From Octopus vulgaris (lineage: Eukaryota): a DNA stretch of 64,000 bases. Positions 63,416-64,000 of the stretch are shown here, in pieces. The stretch is from NCBI GenBank assembly GCA_951406725.2, contig OX597827.1, forward strand, positions 61,628,001-61,692,000, written 5' to 3'. The position numbers and the translations under genes are program-made. Each line of letters begins with the position of its first letter. Positions within the stretch are counted from its first letter, which is position 1. Below the pieces are notes generated by a model. It had not been told where the DNA came from and searched no databases. It worked only from the letters and a program-made list of their open reading frames with translations.

Positions 63416-64000
63416 TTAGTCTAAAATGTACTCTCCTTCATTTTCTATAATGCTCTTCCATCTATCTAGTAGACTTTCAAGGCTCCTCTTCCAAAATTCA
63501 TTTGTCTCTGAGGAAAAATACTCCTCCAGTACTGTTCTGACCTCATCTACAAAATTCATATCTTTTCCATTCCAATGTTTTTGAAAGCTGCAGAATAAAT
63601 AATAATCAGATGGGACAATTTCCAGCGAATATGGTGGGTAGGGTTTCGTTTCCCATCCAAACTGCTCCAGCCTTTGGAATGCCATCCCCGCTGTATGTGG
63701 CTGAGCATTATTCTGATGGAAGAATGCCTTTCGTCTTGAAACCAAAGATGGTTGTTTTCCTTCTAGCACTGACTTAAGCTGCTCACAGCAGATCTCCATT
63801 ATCATTTCGTTTGGGTTTAAAAGTTTTAAGTGAACTAATCCTTTCATATCCCACCAAACAGATAACACCTTGCATGGGTGAAGACCTTCTTTATCCTGGG
63901 GTACTGGTGTTTCTTCTTTCCCAACCTATTGTCTTTGGTGCTTGACATTTTTATAGAGAACCAATTTCTTGTCACTAGTCACTATTCAGTCCCCAAAAAA
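63416..64000 (-). mobile_element. degenerate mariner transposase, runs off the window end
   Basis: IVTSDKK, VWWDMKG, HQNNAQPH and PPYSLEIVPSDYYLF correspond to decayed DD34D motifs. Confidence 0.88.

Overview
AT-rich, intron-rich, SINE/MITE-dense animal DNA, most likely Octopus (inferred from recalled SINE families and effector-less C2H2 genes; not verified by a search). Four host genes are supported: the last two coding exons of PRELID1 (+, 3215-5576), a 12-finger C2H2 gene (-, 21586-22629), an 8-finger C2H2 gene (+, 34600-35475), and a complete 9-exon EIPR1/TSSC1 (+, 45629-62579, 381 aa when spliced by hand). The rest is mostly tRNA-derived SINEs, TTAA/TA/hAT MITEs, and mariner, Helitron, RTE, CR1, R4-like and Gypsy remnants. 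The most interesting signal is a set of small non-coding retroelements with candidate self-cleaving ribozymes. One is a 515-bp TSD-flanked palindrome whose two arms each join a tRNA-type Pol III head to a Penelope-type minimal hammerhead (16575-17089), with an intact-core relative at 49080-49125. Another is a 395-bp TSD-flanked bipartite RTE derivative that starts exactly at an HDV-like fold (42594-42988). All folds were read by eye, ribozyme activity is untested, and repeat boundaries are approximate unless a TSD or TIR is quoted.
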